Below the pieces are notes generated by a model, which saw nothing but the letters and a program-made list of their open reading frames with translations, ran no database searches and was not told where the DNA came from. From Marsupella aquatica (taxonomy: Eukaryota > Plantae > Marchantiophyta), in the NCBI GenBank assembly GCA_973895155.1, contig OZ316895.1, positions 9,164,184 through 9,228,183 on the forward strand: a stretch of 64,000 bases of DNA, read 5' to 3'. Positions 1-12,000 of the stretch are shown here, in pieces. Both the position numbers and the translations under genes were made by a program. The stretch's first letter is position 1. Every line of letters begins with the position of its first letter.

Positions 1-3000
1 ACATCGTTCTGATATGGGTACAGACTCCAGTGCCATGCGAATGATGGTTGACTCTCCTGCCAATCGATTTGTAGAGGATAGATGGGGTGAGTTCAAAACT
101 GACCCACGACATGTGAGACTTGGATTGGCAACAGATGGTATTAGCCCTTTTGCATTGGCAGGTAAAGCAAAACCATATTCAGTATGGCCAGTAGTTCTAA
201 CAAACTACAATATCCCTCCATGGATGGCCATGAAGAAAGGTCATCTACTACTCTCAATGATCATCCCGGGTCCTAAGCAAGTAAAAAAGATTGACATCTA
301 CTTGCAACCTTTGATTGATGAGCTTTTGCAACTTTGGAGGGGAGTGGATTGTTATGACGGACGTCGCAACACTGGAGGTTTATCTCGCGCATTCACCCTC
401 AAGGCCATTCTTATGTGGACCATGCATGATTTACCAGGTAATCACAGTAAACCTTGCAATTAATTTAACCCTATTTCATCAATCTTGCACTTAATTAAAA
501 ATTGTATTCTTTTCTCTAACCTTCTTTCATTGGCTAGTTGTCCCTTGACCAATCATAGGGTTTGGATATATCTCTGGATTGCAAACATCAGGCTATCGAG
601 CTTGCCCTTCATGTGGACCAGATTTGGAGGGAGTGGCAAGACGCAAGTCAATTACTTTGCGGAAGATAGTTTACATTGGTCATACTAAATATCTTCCAGC
701 AGACCATCCTTGGAGGAGTGACCACTTCCTGTATGACACTGATGAGGGCCAACCTGATACCCGTCCTCAACCTCAGCGAAAGGATCCAGCATATATATTG
801 GAGAGAGGTATGGCAAAGAGTTCAAGACCCAGATGATCCATTACAATTTCTCAGATGTGGGATGACCCGTTTGTCTGCATTATCACAGTTGCCATATTGG
901 TCAGAGATGCCCATTAATCACTTGTTAGATCCGATGCACATTGAGGGGAATGTGGGGAGGTCATTGATTCGTCATCTATATGGGGAGAAGAACCACAATT
1001 GGAGAGAAAGTTGTGAGGAGATGGGGATGCATGGTCTTCTTGGTTTTTGGCCATCTTTGGACCCCCCTGGAGACCCCCCTAGCATCCATCCACCTTGGGT
1101 TTTGACTAGGGCAGAGCGCACTGAGTTTCGCAGACGTATTGGGTCAATGAGGTTTCCCACAGGTTATGGCGCAAATCTCCGAAAAGCATTTGGGGGGGAT
1201 GATTCTCCAAAATGGCCATCTTACTTGAAACACATGATTATCATCGGTTACTAGAACATGTCATTCCAGTTGCGATTATTGGATTGGGTAGTGAGGAACT
1301 TCGTGATGCCCTTTGGTCATTGGGAAAGCTTTTGAGATGGGTATGTCAGAAGGAGGTACAGGAGGATGAAACTGCTGCAATGGAGATATTTGGAGTAGAG
1401 GTTATTTGTAAGTTGGAGAAGGCACTCCCTCCCTCTTTCTTTGATGGCCAGGTTCATTTTCCCATACATTTAGTGCATGAGGTTGCAATTGCAGGCCCAG
1501 TGCATTGTCGATGGATGTATTGGGTTGAGCGTTATATGGGGGTGATGAAGTCGTACGTCTCTAATCGCGCTAGGGTGGAAGGTAGCATTGCAGAGCGTCA
1601 TCTTGGAGCAGAGAGTATGTTTTATTGTACAAACATAGTTGCCACACTAGATCCTAACGCTCCTAGGGGATGGATACATGAGGCAGCGCGAGAGGCGGAC
1701 TATGAGGATGATAGACTCACTGGGGCATCAGGAGAGCGTCTCTTGAGCTCAGCGGAGCGTTTGCAGCTCACAACATTTATGTTGTATAATTCACCAGAGG
1801 TTGTAGGGGAGTGGACAACATTTTATGAGGAGGAGAAGAAAAATAGTCGGCGACCACGATTATTTCCCAAGTTTCACCCATACATGAAGTCAAAGATGCT
1901 AGAAGTGGATGCCTTGGTGGGTATTGGGGAGAGCATATCACACTTCCCAAAGGTGATTGATAAGCTTCATACCTTGATTCATGGTCCACTACTTATAGTC
2001 ACGACTCGGACAGCCATGTGGTCCAAGGGGAGACATTTTCGTGTTGAACGACTTGATGAGAAGAGGGCAGCTACACAAGATTGTGGGGTGATGGGTTGGT
2101 TCACCCAGGATTCACAGAGTAGCACATCAGACAGGAATCCCATTCGGTCCACCGTCACCCATTATGGAAAGATTGAGGAAATCCTTACCATAAAGTACCA
2201 TGCACATACTACTTTGGAGGAAGTGGTATTAAAGTGCAAATGGTTCAAGATGAATCTTGTGGGCCACAACCGGACATGTGAAGATGATGCATGCGGTTTT
2301 ACCCGGTTGAAGACAACCGCAAATAGTGTCATCAGCTCAAACTGGAGGTCCTCAGATCCCTTTGCGTTCCCCCATCACCTTGAACAATGTTTTTACCTAC
2401 CCTATCCAGATGACTCAGATTGGTCCATTGTCATGCCATACATTCCACGATCACGATCCATCGTCCAGGATAGACCTAACGTAGTTATAGTGGAAGATAC
2501 TGACATTCCCTCCACTAGTTAGATATCTAGTACATCAAAGGCGTAGCTAACCCCTACCATCTTATTTGTGGCTATTTTATTGGCATTACATATTTATCGG
2601 CATTTCATGTGTTCTCACACTCTACCATTGCATAAACTATATTGCTACAAGTATCCAGGATCAAACCATGACCACAATACAATGTCCCATTGTCAATCCC
2701 ATGGAATCTACATCGCACAGGCATCGGTACTCGGCCGGAGAACTAAACCTCTTTCTGATATTGAAAGTGACGGGACACATGCGATTCAAAACCTATCGGA
2801 CACATTTTTCCGTTCCAGAAACCATCGGACCCCTCGGCAAAAATGATGAAGGAGGGGTCCGATATGCTTACCTTCGGACAACTTCCGATACTGTAACTAT
2901 CGCACGTAGGTTCCAAAGCAATGTCTTTCCCAATATTATGTCCGTTGGTTTAAATATCGGACAATGTCCATTTGTTTTTCCAACGAGCCTCAGGTCCGAG

Positions 3001-3253
3001 TGTAACTGCATCGGAAGCTAAAGCCTTACTTTTGTCGTCTTTTTGCGATGCTATTAATTTCGGACATTGTTCGATAGTTCTGGTATGGGATAGTTTTTGC
3101 AAAGCATTTTCCATCGGTACGTTTATTTTCGATATATCATGAATCGGAAATTACGATGGTTTTAATATCAGAAGTTGTCCGATGCGTTCGGTTTCGGACG
3201 GCTAAAAGAAGCCGCGATTTGAGTATCGAAAAGAGACCAAAAATGTACTAGTG
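1..3253 (+). mobile_element. CACTA/EnSpm DNA transposon, 3' part (5' end outside window)
   Basis: TNP2-type transposase fragments, then many TCGGA/TCCGA subterminal motifs (~2725-3230) and terminus ...AAATGTACTAGTG (reverse complement CACTAGTACATTT) ending at 3253. Confidence 0.9.
14..2522 (+). pseudogene. CACTA TNP2/TnpD-like transposase (Transposase_21 + DUF4218 + DUF4216-like), frameshifted
   Basis: Motifs RLGLATDGISPF, YSVWPVVLTNYNIPPW, IDIYLQPLIDEL, LDPMHIEGNV, GPVHCRWMYWVERYM, HYGKIEEI, KCKWF. GT-AG intron 438-558 joins in frame; frame changes near ~800 and ~1230. Confidence 0.88.
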
Positions 3254-5246
3254 ATATAGTTTCTTTTTAGGGTGCTTGGCTTCACCAACATCCCGTTATG
3301 TTCAAGTTTGCCTAGCCAAGAAAAATGTGCACGCATATCGGGCTGGCATAATTTTCAATTCACAGCCGGCTCTACTTCACCAACATCCCGCGTTATTGAA
3401 GTTTGTCAGGCCAAGATAAATGTGTAACATACCCAATTCAAGATGGCCATGTAGTAACCATGCTGACCTAAGGGTTTCCTTTAAAGTTGTCCCTAACCTT
3501 GAGCCCAAATTTAACCTGACTTGTTTAGGGCCTAATATAGTATTTTGGTATTTTGGCAATCCTACAAACCCCTTACATGTGCTGAACGGTGCAAACTCAA
3601 TGGCTCATCTCAACGGATCGTGGCAGGGTGATGAGTAAACGTGACTACTCCCACTAAGTGTTGGTTTAGTGAGTGTTGTCATGAGTGAAGAGCATCGAAT
3701 GCATGTCAAATGTTGAGGTTTTGCAAGGCTTTGTAGTGTTCCAAGGGTTTTACAGTCGCAAGGGCTCTTTTCTTCCAGTGTTCACGCCCATTGTGTTTTG
3801 CCAAAACACGTCATGCTGCAAGCTACGATTGGGGTTGCAATGAAAGGTTATTTCTAAGGACATTTAACTAGGAGCTAGGGCGAAGAAGGTTGCAGTCGCT
3901 GCAACCTTAGGTGGGGAGGACCTGTGATTGTGGGTAGATCTATGACTGACATTGCCATCTGCTGCGTATCAAGCATCGCCATCACCATTTTGCTTATTTG
4001 AATAGGACTAAGTGCGGTAGAGCAAGACGGGGAGCTAGAGAGTTGCAGAGAAGCCAAGTGCCAAACACTCCGCTCACAAAAATACACTTGTCCTCACTTG
4101 TTGTCAACTCTCGCACTCGGGTTTAGGGATTTGGCGCTTTTGGAGGTGGGCTTTGGCGCTTCTCGGAGGAACCTCGCGCTTCTCGGAGATGTGGAGGAGT
4201 GAGGCTGCTATGCGCAAACATCTTTTTCTTTCAAGTGGTGCTACGGTTGCTTGGTGACGAAAGGCTATGGGATGTGTGTTGTAGCTGCTATGACCAGTGA
4301 CCTCTAGTTGGGAAGGACTTGCGAGAGCTACGGTTGGGGAGGACCTGCGGTTGGAGCTATAGTCGGCTGGAGGTGGTCGCAAGCTGGTAACAATCAGAGG
4401 GGTTAGTTTTCTACATCTTAAACCTATCGGGATTTTGTGCTTGTGGCCATGCTATCCTTTCTGCCAGTTCATGAGTTTGCTATGGAGACTTTGTATCAAT
4501 GTTCTTCTGAGGAGGCGTTGAGTTCTCTACTAGGGTTTGTCAAATTTGTTTACAGGTCCATGTATTTGCGCCATACAACTTAGACTTGTGTAAGCAACTC
4601 AAATCAGTTGCTTTAGGCCTGTAGGATTGGGGCCTGGATTTTGCAAGAGCTGCAACATTGCAGGATTCAGGTCCATATTGCAACGCACAGACGGTTGCAA
4701 GTTGATCCTCCACATTCACAAAATTCCATGTTTCAACATTGCCCTTGCTTCATCACTGATTTGTCCTTTGTGACGGGTACCCCGTCACGGGAAGTCACAC
4801 ATAACTGGTTGCAAAGGCCGATACCTTGTTAATAGTCAATGTAAATAAGCCATTTTTTAATTTTTAGTTAATTCCGTCATTATAGGTTGATGATGCCCCA
4901 GGTGACTTTATATTCTTTCTCTCATAATAGTTCTAAGATTTGCGGCGACCTAAGTGGGCAAATATTTTGGGACCTTGAAACTAGCCAGGACCAGCCCCAT
5001 AGGACTTACCGTTTTGCTTCAAGAGCTATTGTTGAGACCCCCATTGCAAAGTCAGGAGAGGGGGGGGTTTTTTTTTAAATAAATCCCTCCTCAGGAGGGC
5101 GAGTCCCATTAGTGGCCGTCCGAGAGAAAGAGGGGCTGCCTCGCGAGCCCATAGGGCTGCGTGCCCGGGCGATTAATGGGGCTCCGCGAGCTGAAGGGGC
5201 TGCCTCGCGAGCCCATAGGGCTGCGTGCCCGGGCAATTAATGAGGT

Positions 5247-5450
5247 CCCGCGAGCTGGGAGGATCACGCGAGCGGGGGGGAGTTAAAGGGCCTCCCGCGA
5301 GCTGGGAGGATCACGCGAGCGGGGGGGAGTTAAAGGGCCTCCCGCGAGCTGGGAGGATCACGCGAGCGGGGGGGAGTTAAAGGGCCTCCCGCGAGCTGGG
5401 AGGATCACGCGAGCGGGGGGGAGTTGAAGGGCCTCCCGCGAGCCGGGAGG
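5247..5450 (+). repeat. GC-rich 47-bp tandem repeat in the 5' LTR (4 full units + partial), preceded by a 64-bp-period duplication at ~5131-5245
   Basis: Unit CCCGCGAGCTGGGAGGATCACGCGAGCGGGGGGGAGTTAAAGGGCCT starts at 5247, 5294, 5341 and 5388. Confidence 0.93.
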
Positions 5451-5874
5451 AATGGCCGCGCGCCCTGCATAGGGCCGCGCGCAGGAGGACGCAAGGGTAA
5501 GGCCCGAGAAATGGGCCGGGGCGCATGGCGAAGGCGCCAGGAGTTTTTTCGGTTCTATTTTTTTTTCCTTCCTTTTTCTTTCCCTCTTCCTTTTGCACGA
5601 CCCTCTCATTGCCGAAAGCAAAAACGGGGTTCTTCTCTCTCTTGCCGGAAGCTCTCTCCAGATTCTAATTATTTTTGAAGCTCTCTCTTTCATGGTGGAT
5701 TAGTGGGGCTTGCTGGCGTCATTCTTCCAGGCATTAGTGGCGGCCGCACGGAGTAGTGACGGGAAATTGAGAGAATTTAAGTGATCGGGCTACGGGGGCT
5801 GTTTCGGGCCAGGGAATTGACATTGCCACGGGTGACGGGATTGGTGATTGAGAAATTGATTTCGGGATGCATGG

Positions 5875-7731
5875 ATGCTAGATCAACCAGAGTTTAGTGC
5901 GTCACGCATTCGGAGATACAAGGCTACTTACCGTGACTACGTGGAGACTCGGATTACACGGGAAAGGGAAGAGAGAGAAGTTATGATGAGCACGGGATTG
6001 GCAGCGGGTTCCTCACCGGTGGGTAGGAAGATTTTTCGTCAAATTTATCCCAAGACCTCCACCAAGGTGATGGAGGATTGTCGGAACATTTTCCAAGCCA
6101 CCGGGCTTACAGAATTCATGAAGGTGGAGATTACCATCCCTTCAGGGAAGAGCTGGGACATTGAGGCCGGGATGGAGTTCCGAACGGAGGGAATCTACTT
6201 TGAATGTCTCAAACGTGTAGTGCCCCATGTGGAGTTGGCTAAGCTATTGTTTCTTGAGAATCAGAAATTCTCATTCACACCTCAGAATATCAGGGGAGAA
6301 CTCACGTTGAAAATGGTGGCCACTTGGGTGACCAATCCTACCTCCACCACCGCCATCCCTCTTTCTGCTGTCAAGGATGTTGAGTATAAGGGCTTCCTGG
6401 CCAAGGTGCATCAACGGGTTCTTGGCAACGTGCAATCCGGAGTGCTGAATGAGGAGCATTTCGTGGTAGCTATGGACATCAAGAACTACCCAGCCCATGT
6501 GTACGGATGGTGGTGCTACGGATTGAAGAAGCTATTGGCCGCTGAGCCCAGGAGTGTGAAACCAGGTGGGGCTGTACATTTGATGGGGTCATTTGTATTG
6601 GCCAGGGCAGAAGGGTTGATTGGTTCTCCGGGGCATGAAGACACGGGATCATCTCTCACCACGGAGATCCGGAGTATTGCCACTACCGTTTTAGGGAAGC
6701 TCACGGAGGAATCATTGTCTGCTGGTGGGGAGGATAATAGAGAAGAAGAGAACCAGGAGGATGATTGCACATTGGAGTGGCTTGAATCACTCGTGGGAGA
6801 TCCGAAACAGCCTCTGGAATACAACATTCCGGATGTTTACTTGGCAGAGCTACGGGATTTCAGAGAGGGAGTCCACGAGGGACTCAAGCTAGTCCACGCA
6901 TTGAGGGAGTCTCTCAAGCACGCCACAGTCAAAGTAGAGACGTTAGAGCAGAGCATCCTGTCACTGAAGGAGGTGATCAAGACCAAGGAGCAGACCATTC
7001 ATGAGAAGGTCAGGCACATCAATGCAGCTCACGTAGAGATCACCAACTTGAAGGGAGCTTTGTCCACCAAGGCCAAGGAAGCAGAAGAAGTAGGAGCGTT
7101 GAGGCAAGCATTGGCCAAAGAGAAGCAAAATTCTGGAGAAGTGATGGAGTGGAGGAACCAGGTGGGAGCACTACGGAGTCAGGTGGCAGCCTTTGAGACA
7201 CGAGCGAAGAGAAGTGAGGCCCTGAGTCTAGGGAAACGGAAGAGTCCCGGCACACCTGGCTCCACACTTTCCCCGGATGTGATCTCCCAAGCTATCGAGA
7301 TGGTGGTGAAGGAGGTTAGTGGGAAGTATGGACCCTTGTTGGATGGAGCCAAGAAGAGTCAGGAGAAGAGTAAGAGCTTGGAGAAGAAGCTCCGGGAGGT
7401 ACGGAAATCGTTACGGGAGGCTCAGGTCAGTACGGGGATGCCACCCAGGTCTGTCACCCCCGGGACTCCCATGGCCACGGGGCAAGTTCTACCGTTGGAG
7501 TTGCGGTCCGGAGAAGAGGCTACCCTCTGGAAGGACACAATTGGTGAGGGGTACATCAAGGCGTGGCAGGCCTTGGCTGCTTTGAGGAAGCGCGGGAGCA
7601 GCAGCACTAAGAGTACTCCGTCGAAGAAGAAGAAAAGTACGGTGGCACTCACTCCCGTGAGTGATGAGGAGGAGGACCACTCACGGGGCACAAGTCCGGG
7701 CACCGAGAGCGAAGAAGAAGAGGAGGATTAG
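5875..7731 (+). CDS. LTR-embedded 618-aa accessory ORF (5' LTR copy): globular N-terminus, long coiled coil, basic NLS-like and acidic tail
   Basis: Uninterrupted ATG-to-TAG ORF wholly inside the LTR; heptad-rich segment ~aa 320-520; PSKKKK and EEEEED at the C-terminus; no transmembrane stretch evident. Confidence 0.8.
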   Translation: MLDQPEFSASRIRRYKATYRDYVETRITREREEREVMMSTGLAAGSSPVGRKIFRQIYPKTSTKVMEDCRNIFQATGLTEFMKVEITIPSGKSWDIEAGMEFRTEGIYFECLKRVVPHVELAKLLFLENQKFSFTPQNIRGELTLKMVATWVTNPTSTTAIPLSAVKDVEYKGFLAKVHQRVLGNVQSGVLNEEHFVVAMDIKNYPAHVYGWWCYGLKKLLAAEPRSVKPGGAVHLMGSFVLARAEGLIGSPGHEDTGSSLTTEIRSIATTVLGKLTEESLSAGGEDNREEENQEDDCTLEWLESLVGDPKQPLEYNIPDVYLAELRDFREGVHEGLKLVHALRESLKHATVKVETLEQSILSLKEVIKTKEQTIHEKVRHINAAHVEITNLKGALSTKAKEAEEVGALRQALAKEKQNSGEVMEWRNQVGALRSQVAAFETRAKRSEALSLGKRKSPGTPGSTLSPDVISQAIEMVVKEVSGKYGPLLDGAKKSQEKSKSLEKKLREVRKSLREAQVSTGMPPRSVTPGTPMATGQVLPLELRSGEEATLWKDTIGEGYIKAWQALAALRKRGSSSTKSTPSKKKKSTVALTPVSDEEEDHSRGTSPGTESEEEEED

Positions 7732-8862
7732 ATAGGCGTACGGACGTGGGTGTACGGCCTCCAGATTTCCAACATTTTAGTGGGGGGTCACTCATGGGCT
7801 TGTTGGGATGAGCTCGCGGAGCTGATTCCAACAAGAGGCGGCGCTCCTCAAACGGAGCCAGGATGAGCAAGTTATGGCCTGGAGAACTTATGTTTTTGCG
7901 GTACGGAAACGGCCATAACTCAGGCGTCTGAAGTCCGTTGAGGGAGCGACTTAGTGATTCGGAAGCAGGAAAAGAAGAGCTATCCAGGGGTGAGCTCAGG
8001 TGTGCACTTGGAAGGGCACCTAGTTTCGGCCATTTTGGGGTGCCTCTCACTTTCAGGGTTCACGTGTACTGTTGGGGCGCCGTCGAAGGCACCGTCGGCC
8101 CCCTTGTTTTGGGTTTAGGGTTTTAGCAGCATGTGTGTGCCGCATGCTCCTCTTCAGTTTAAGGATTTCTCTTAGTGCAAGGTTTTAGCGGCGCCGCTAG
8201 GGTAGCCGCCACCGTTGTGACCCTGTGAGGGGTGCTTTGGTGTGATTTTTCAGTATTTAGGGGGATAGCCCCGAAGTAGTTAGGGGGACTCAGTGTGAAG
8301 TTAGCAAGGAGGGATAGAGTGGAGCCTGAGGAGTTTGAAAGCGTGTTCAGAGTAGTGAGGGGGAGCCATACTCATTGTCCGGAGAGGCAGGAGTTGAGTA
8401 GATGGCAGGAGGCCGGGTTACTCATGCAATGTGTATCGTTTTTCCCAAGAGATATGGATCTGTACATTTGACTTGATGGGCTTTTGTTGTGTGTTCCTTC
8501 TCCCTTTTTCGCTTTCCGAATTGTGTTCTCCCGTTCTATGATTTGAAGAAACTTGCTTGGTTTGAGTCGGCCTTGTGAGTAGGGGTGGTGACAGCACTCT
8601 TTGGGTGACTCCGAGTGAAGGTGTAGTGGGGTAGTCGGCAGGACTTGATCAAAAGCTGTGGGGTGAGGGTAGTCGGTAGACTTGATCAAAACCTACATTT
8701 CCGGGAGCGGAAACCAAAATACTCATCCTGGTGTGAAAAGAATCCAAATAGCGTCCCTCCACGACCCCGTAATACGATACCAACGGTTTAAGCGAAGAAA
8801 AGTGCGGTTTGCACGTATTAACCGTTGGAGAGGCAAGTGACATAAGTGTGGTCTTTTGTTTT

Positions 8863-8880
8863 TGGCGCCGCTGCCGGGGA
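8863..8880 (+). promoter_or_regulatory. Primer-binding site complementary to tRNA-Asp 3' end (Athila-type)
   Basis: TGGCGCCGCTGCCGGGGA, one mismatch to TGGCGCCGTTGCCGGGGA; starts 20 nt after the LTR end. Confidence 0.8.
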
Positions 8881-9097
8881 ATCCTTCTTCTTGTTTGACG
8901 ACACGAAGGAGGGGAGCTACGTCTATTGGGAGTTCAAACCTATCAACCACAATGCAACTTGCGACGGTTGATACGTGAGAAGTTTGTTGGTTACTTTGTT
9001 ATTGTACGTCAACCACAACGCATCGTGCGACGGTTGATGTTTACAAATATTGCTTTCTGAGACATTGGTGTAAGTTTGGAATGCAGGTCTCAATGGG

Positions 9098-12000
9098 ATG
9101 CCGAGAGGGAGAAGGGGAGGTAGAGGAAGTCCCCAACACACACGTACCCCAAGATCAGAGCTAGAAGGGGGGCCCTCTTGGATTGGGACCAGACGACGAG
9201 TTGCTGCCGAAGAACGCTTACGGCTTGCAGAAGAGAGGAGGTTGCCACTGGTGCTGGAAGAACAAGTTGGTGTGCAACAGGAAGAGGCTCAACGTAATGA
9301 GGCCATATGCCCAGACGAAGAGCCAGACATAGATCACGAGCGAGAAGAAGGAGAGCCCTTTGTGTTGGTGCAGTCTGAGTTACAAAATCTGATCCCAGAG
9401 CTCACTGCATTGCCACAAATCATCTCACACCTATCATCGGTGCTGTTACCGGTGGCCCAACAAGCGCCATTACCACCTGTGTTGATACAGGCACCGGCTG
9501 CACCGATGGCAGCTGCACAACGTACCCGTGTTCAGTACGTACCCTTCAAGGGGAGACCAAAGGATGATCCAGACGAATGGATTGAGGAGTTTGAAGGGAT
9601 TGCCGAAGCTAATGGGGAGTCTGCACATAAGCTCACTATCATTCCTGGAATGATGAGAGGGGAGGCAGGTCCATGGTTCATTTCGTTGTTGGCCAACGTG
9701 AAAGCTGATTGGGCTCTGTTCAAGCAAGCCTTCTTGAAGGAGTTCAGATCCATAGGAGTGGAGGCCACCTCACTATTAAAGGTGGGCCAACTCAGGATGA
9801 AGAAGAAGGAGTCATTACGGAGGTTTTTGCAAAGGTTCCAAAAGCTGGTACGTCGGATCCAAGCCCGTACCGATGATGCTATGCGTCAAGCCTGGTTTGT
9901 GGCTGCCCTACCAAGCAAGATGGGGTTCTTTGTACGTCAAGCCAAGCCAACCACATTGGCTGAAGCTATTGCAGCAGCGGAGTCATACACCGCAGCTGAT
10001 GCCACAAGCAAGCGTTGCCGAAGAAAGAAGCTGAAGCCGGTTGACAGTTCCTCCAGTGAGGAGTCGAGTGGATCTGATTCAGATAGTAGTGATGAATCTG
10101 AGGATTCTGAGAGTACTACAGAGTCAGACACTACGGAGTCAGAAGCTGAAAGACGAAGGAGGAAGAAGAAGAAGTTGTCAAAGAAAGTCAAGAAGTCCTC
10201 TCACCGTGAAGTGATACTACCCACGGTGGCCGTTACACCATTGTCTACGGCAAGACGCCTGAAGGAGCAAGAGGCCAGATATGATGAGCTGACGGAGCAA
10301 ATGAAAGCGTTGAAAGTACATTTTGCCGGACTCAAACCTGAGAGGAGAAAAGTTCCGGTGGAGAGAGCCAATGTGTGGTGCACCAAGTGCATGAAGTTTG
10401 GTCATGCCCCGAAGGAGTGCCCAGCGGGAGAACCAGCCAAGGTTTTCCAAGTACGGGAGGAGGATGTTGAGGGGGCAAGCTACTCAAATCCTTCATATGC
10501 AGCGGAAGGGCCAATAGAGTACTTCATGGAGGAGCCACCAGAGGCCAACGTGTATAGTGTACAACCTCTCAACCCGGGACCACGGAGCATTCATGGAGTT
10601 TCAACAAACGCCGGAGCACCCGCATACTCCAACTATCCCAACGCTAACCCAGGGAATCGACCACCGTACCCTGGAGTGAGGAAGATCCCTATTTGTTACA
10701 ATTGTAGAGTGGCGGGCCACTACGCTAATGTGTGCCCAGAGCCCACCCGTCAAGGCAATGGAGATTTTGCCCGGCTGTGTCAACTATGCAAGGGGGAGGG
10801 TCATCTTGCACCACACTGCCCAACCTTGGAGGCGTTCAAGGCTCAACCGATTGGGGCACAAGAGAAGAAGGGGCCGCCACCTCCTCTGAAAGAAGCTAGC
10901 GTCAACTTTCTCACCACGGAAGCAGTCGACACCCCTCTAATCACTAGAAGAGAAGAAACCGTAGTGAACATTCCCAAGCAAAGGATGACCACCATAACGG
11001 AGGAGGTGGTACCGCTAGTCGTTGTAGTATCTCCAGTTGTTGAGATACCGGTGGTTGTTGTTGCAACATCTACGGAAGTTGAAGTTGCTAACCCCTCACC
11101 CCCAAGTCATGAGTGGACTCATGCTGAGAATCTACCGGAGGAAGACAGCGACGAGGAGAGAAGGCATTACTCTTGTTACCGAGTCTCCACTCGATCCGGC
11201 AAAAAGAAGGGCAAGTCCGAGCTCAAGCAGAAGTACAAGGAGGTGCATCAAGCTTCCACATCGGGTACCTCACACGAACCGGAGGTGCCACCCATGGAGG
11301 ATAGTGACTTTGATCGGGACAACCCCAAGTTGTTCTATCCGAAGGTGGGAGAAGAGGTACGTAAGCAGTTGGAGGAGCTAGAAGCACAAGCCATGCAAGC
11401 GGCCATTGACAAAGACATGGAGGAGGCAAAGGCCAGAAAGAAAGCGGAGGAGAGGGTTGTTCGTTGGAAACCGGGAGAAGAGGTCATCCCACCCATACCT
11501 CCTGCAACCGCGTACAACATTGCTCAAGACATTCTGGATTGCCCAGTCAGTGCCACAATTGGTCAACTATTACGGGATAGCTCCCTATACCGTCGCCAAG
11601 TCAAGGAGATTCTCATGAGGAGGAGACGTAGAAGAAGGTTACCCAAAGTTGGGGCTGACCCCATACAAGTCAACTGGGTCACGGAGGATTTGGGTGCCCC
11701 AGAACTCACGGTGGACATCAATGGATGTGCAATACGGTTTGTACCGGTGGACGGGGGCTCGGGAGTCAACATCATGACTGAGGAGACGGCAAACCGGTTG
11801 GGGTATACAGAGTTAGAACCACCGGCACGTGCCATGAGGTTGGCTGATGGTGCACGGGTGGTGCCGTTGGGGTGTCTCACCAAGATTCCAACAATGATTG
11901 GGGGAAAATCTTTCCCCCTCAACTATTTGGTGATGCGACCCGTTCGGCCGTACGGTTTTCCCATTTTAATTGGCAGGCCATGGTTGTATGTGGCCAAGGT

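Larger units (their letters stand above)
4769..8842 (+). repeat. 5' LTR (4074 bp)
   Basis: Near-identical direct repeat of 15461-19581; TG...CA ends; hairpin GTGACGGG-TAC-CCCGTCAC at 4770-4788. Confidence 0.97.

Noticed and set aside
5247-5450. 47-bp repeats as a CRISPR-like array
   Set aside because: Head-to-tail units with no unique spacers, inside a eukaryotic LTR; no cas genes.
5875-7731. 618-aa ORF as an envelope gene or captured host gene
   Set aside because: No signal peptide or transmembrane segment is visible, it has no introns, and I recognise no host domain.
8105-8126. Telomere-like TTTAGGG motifs (also ~30850, ~59607, ~61790)
   Set aside because: Isolated or degenerate copies inside retroelement LTRs and leaders, not an array.
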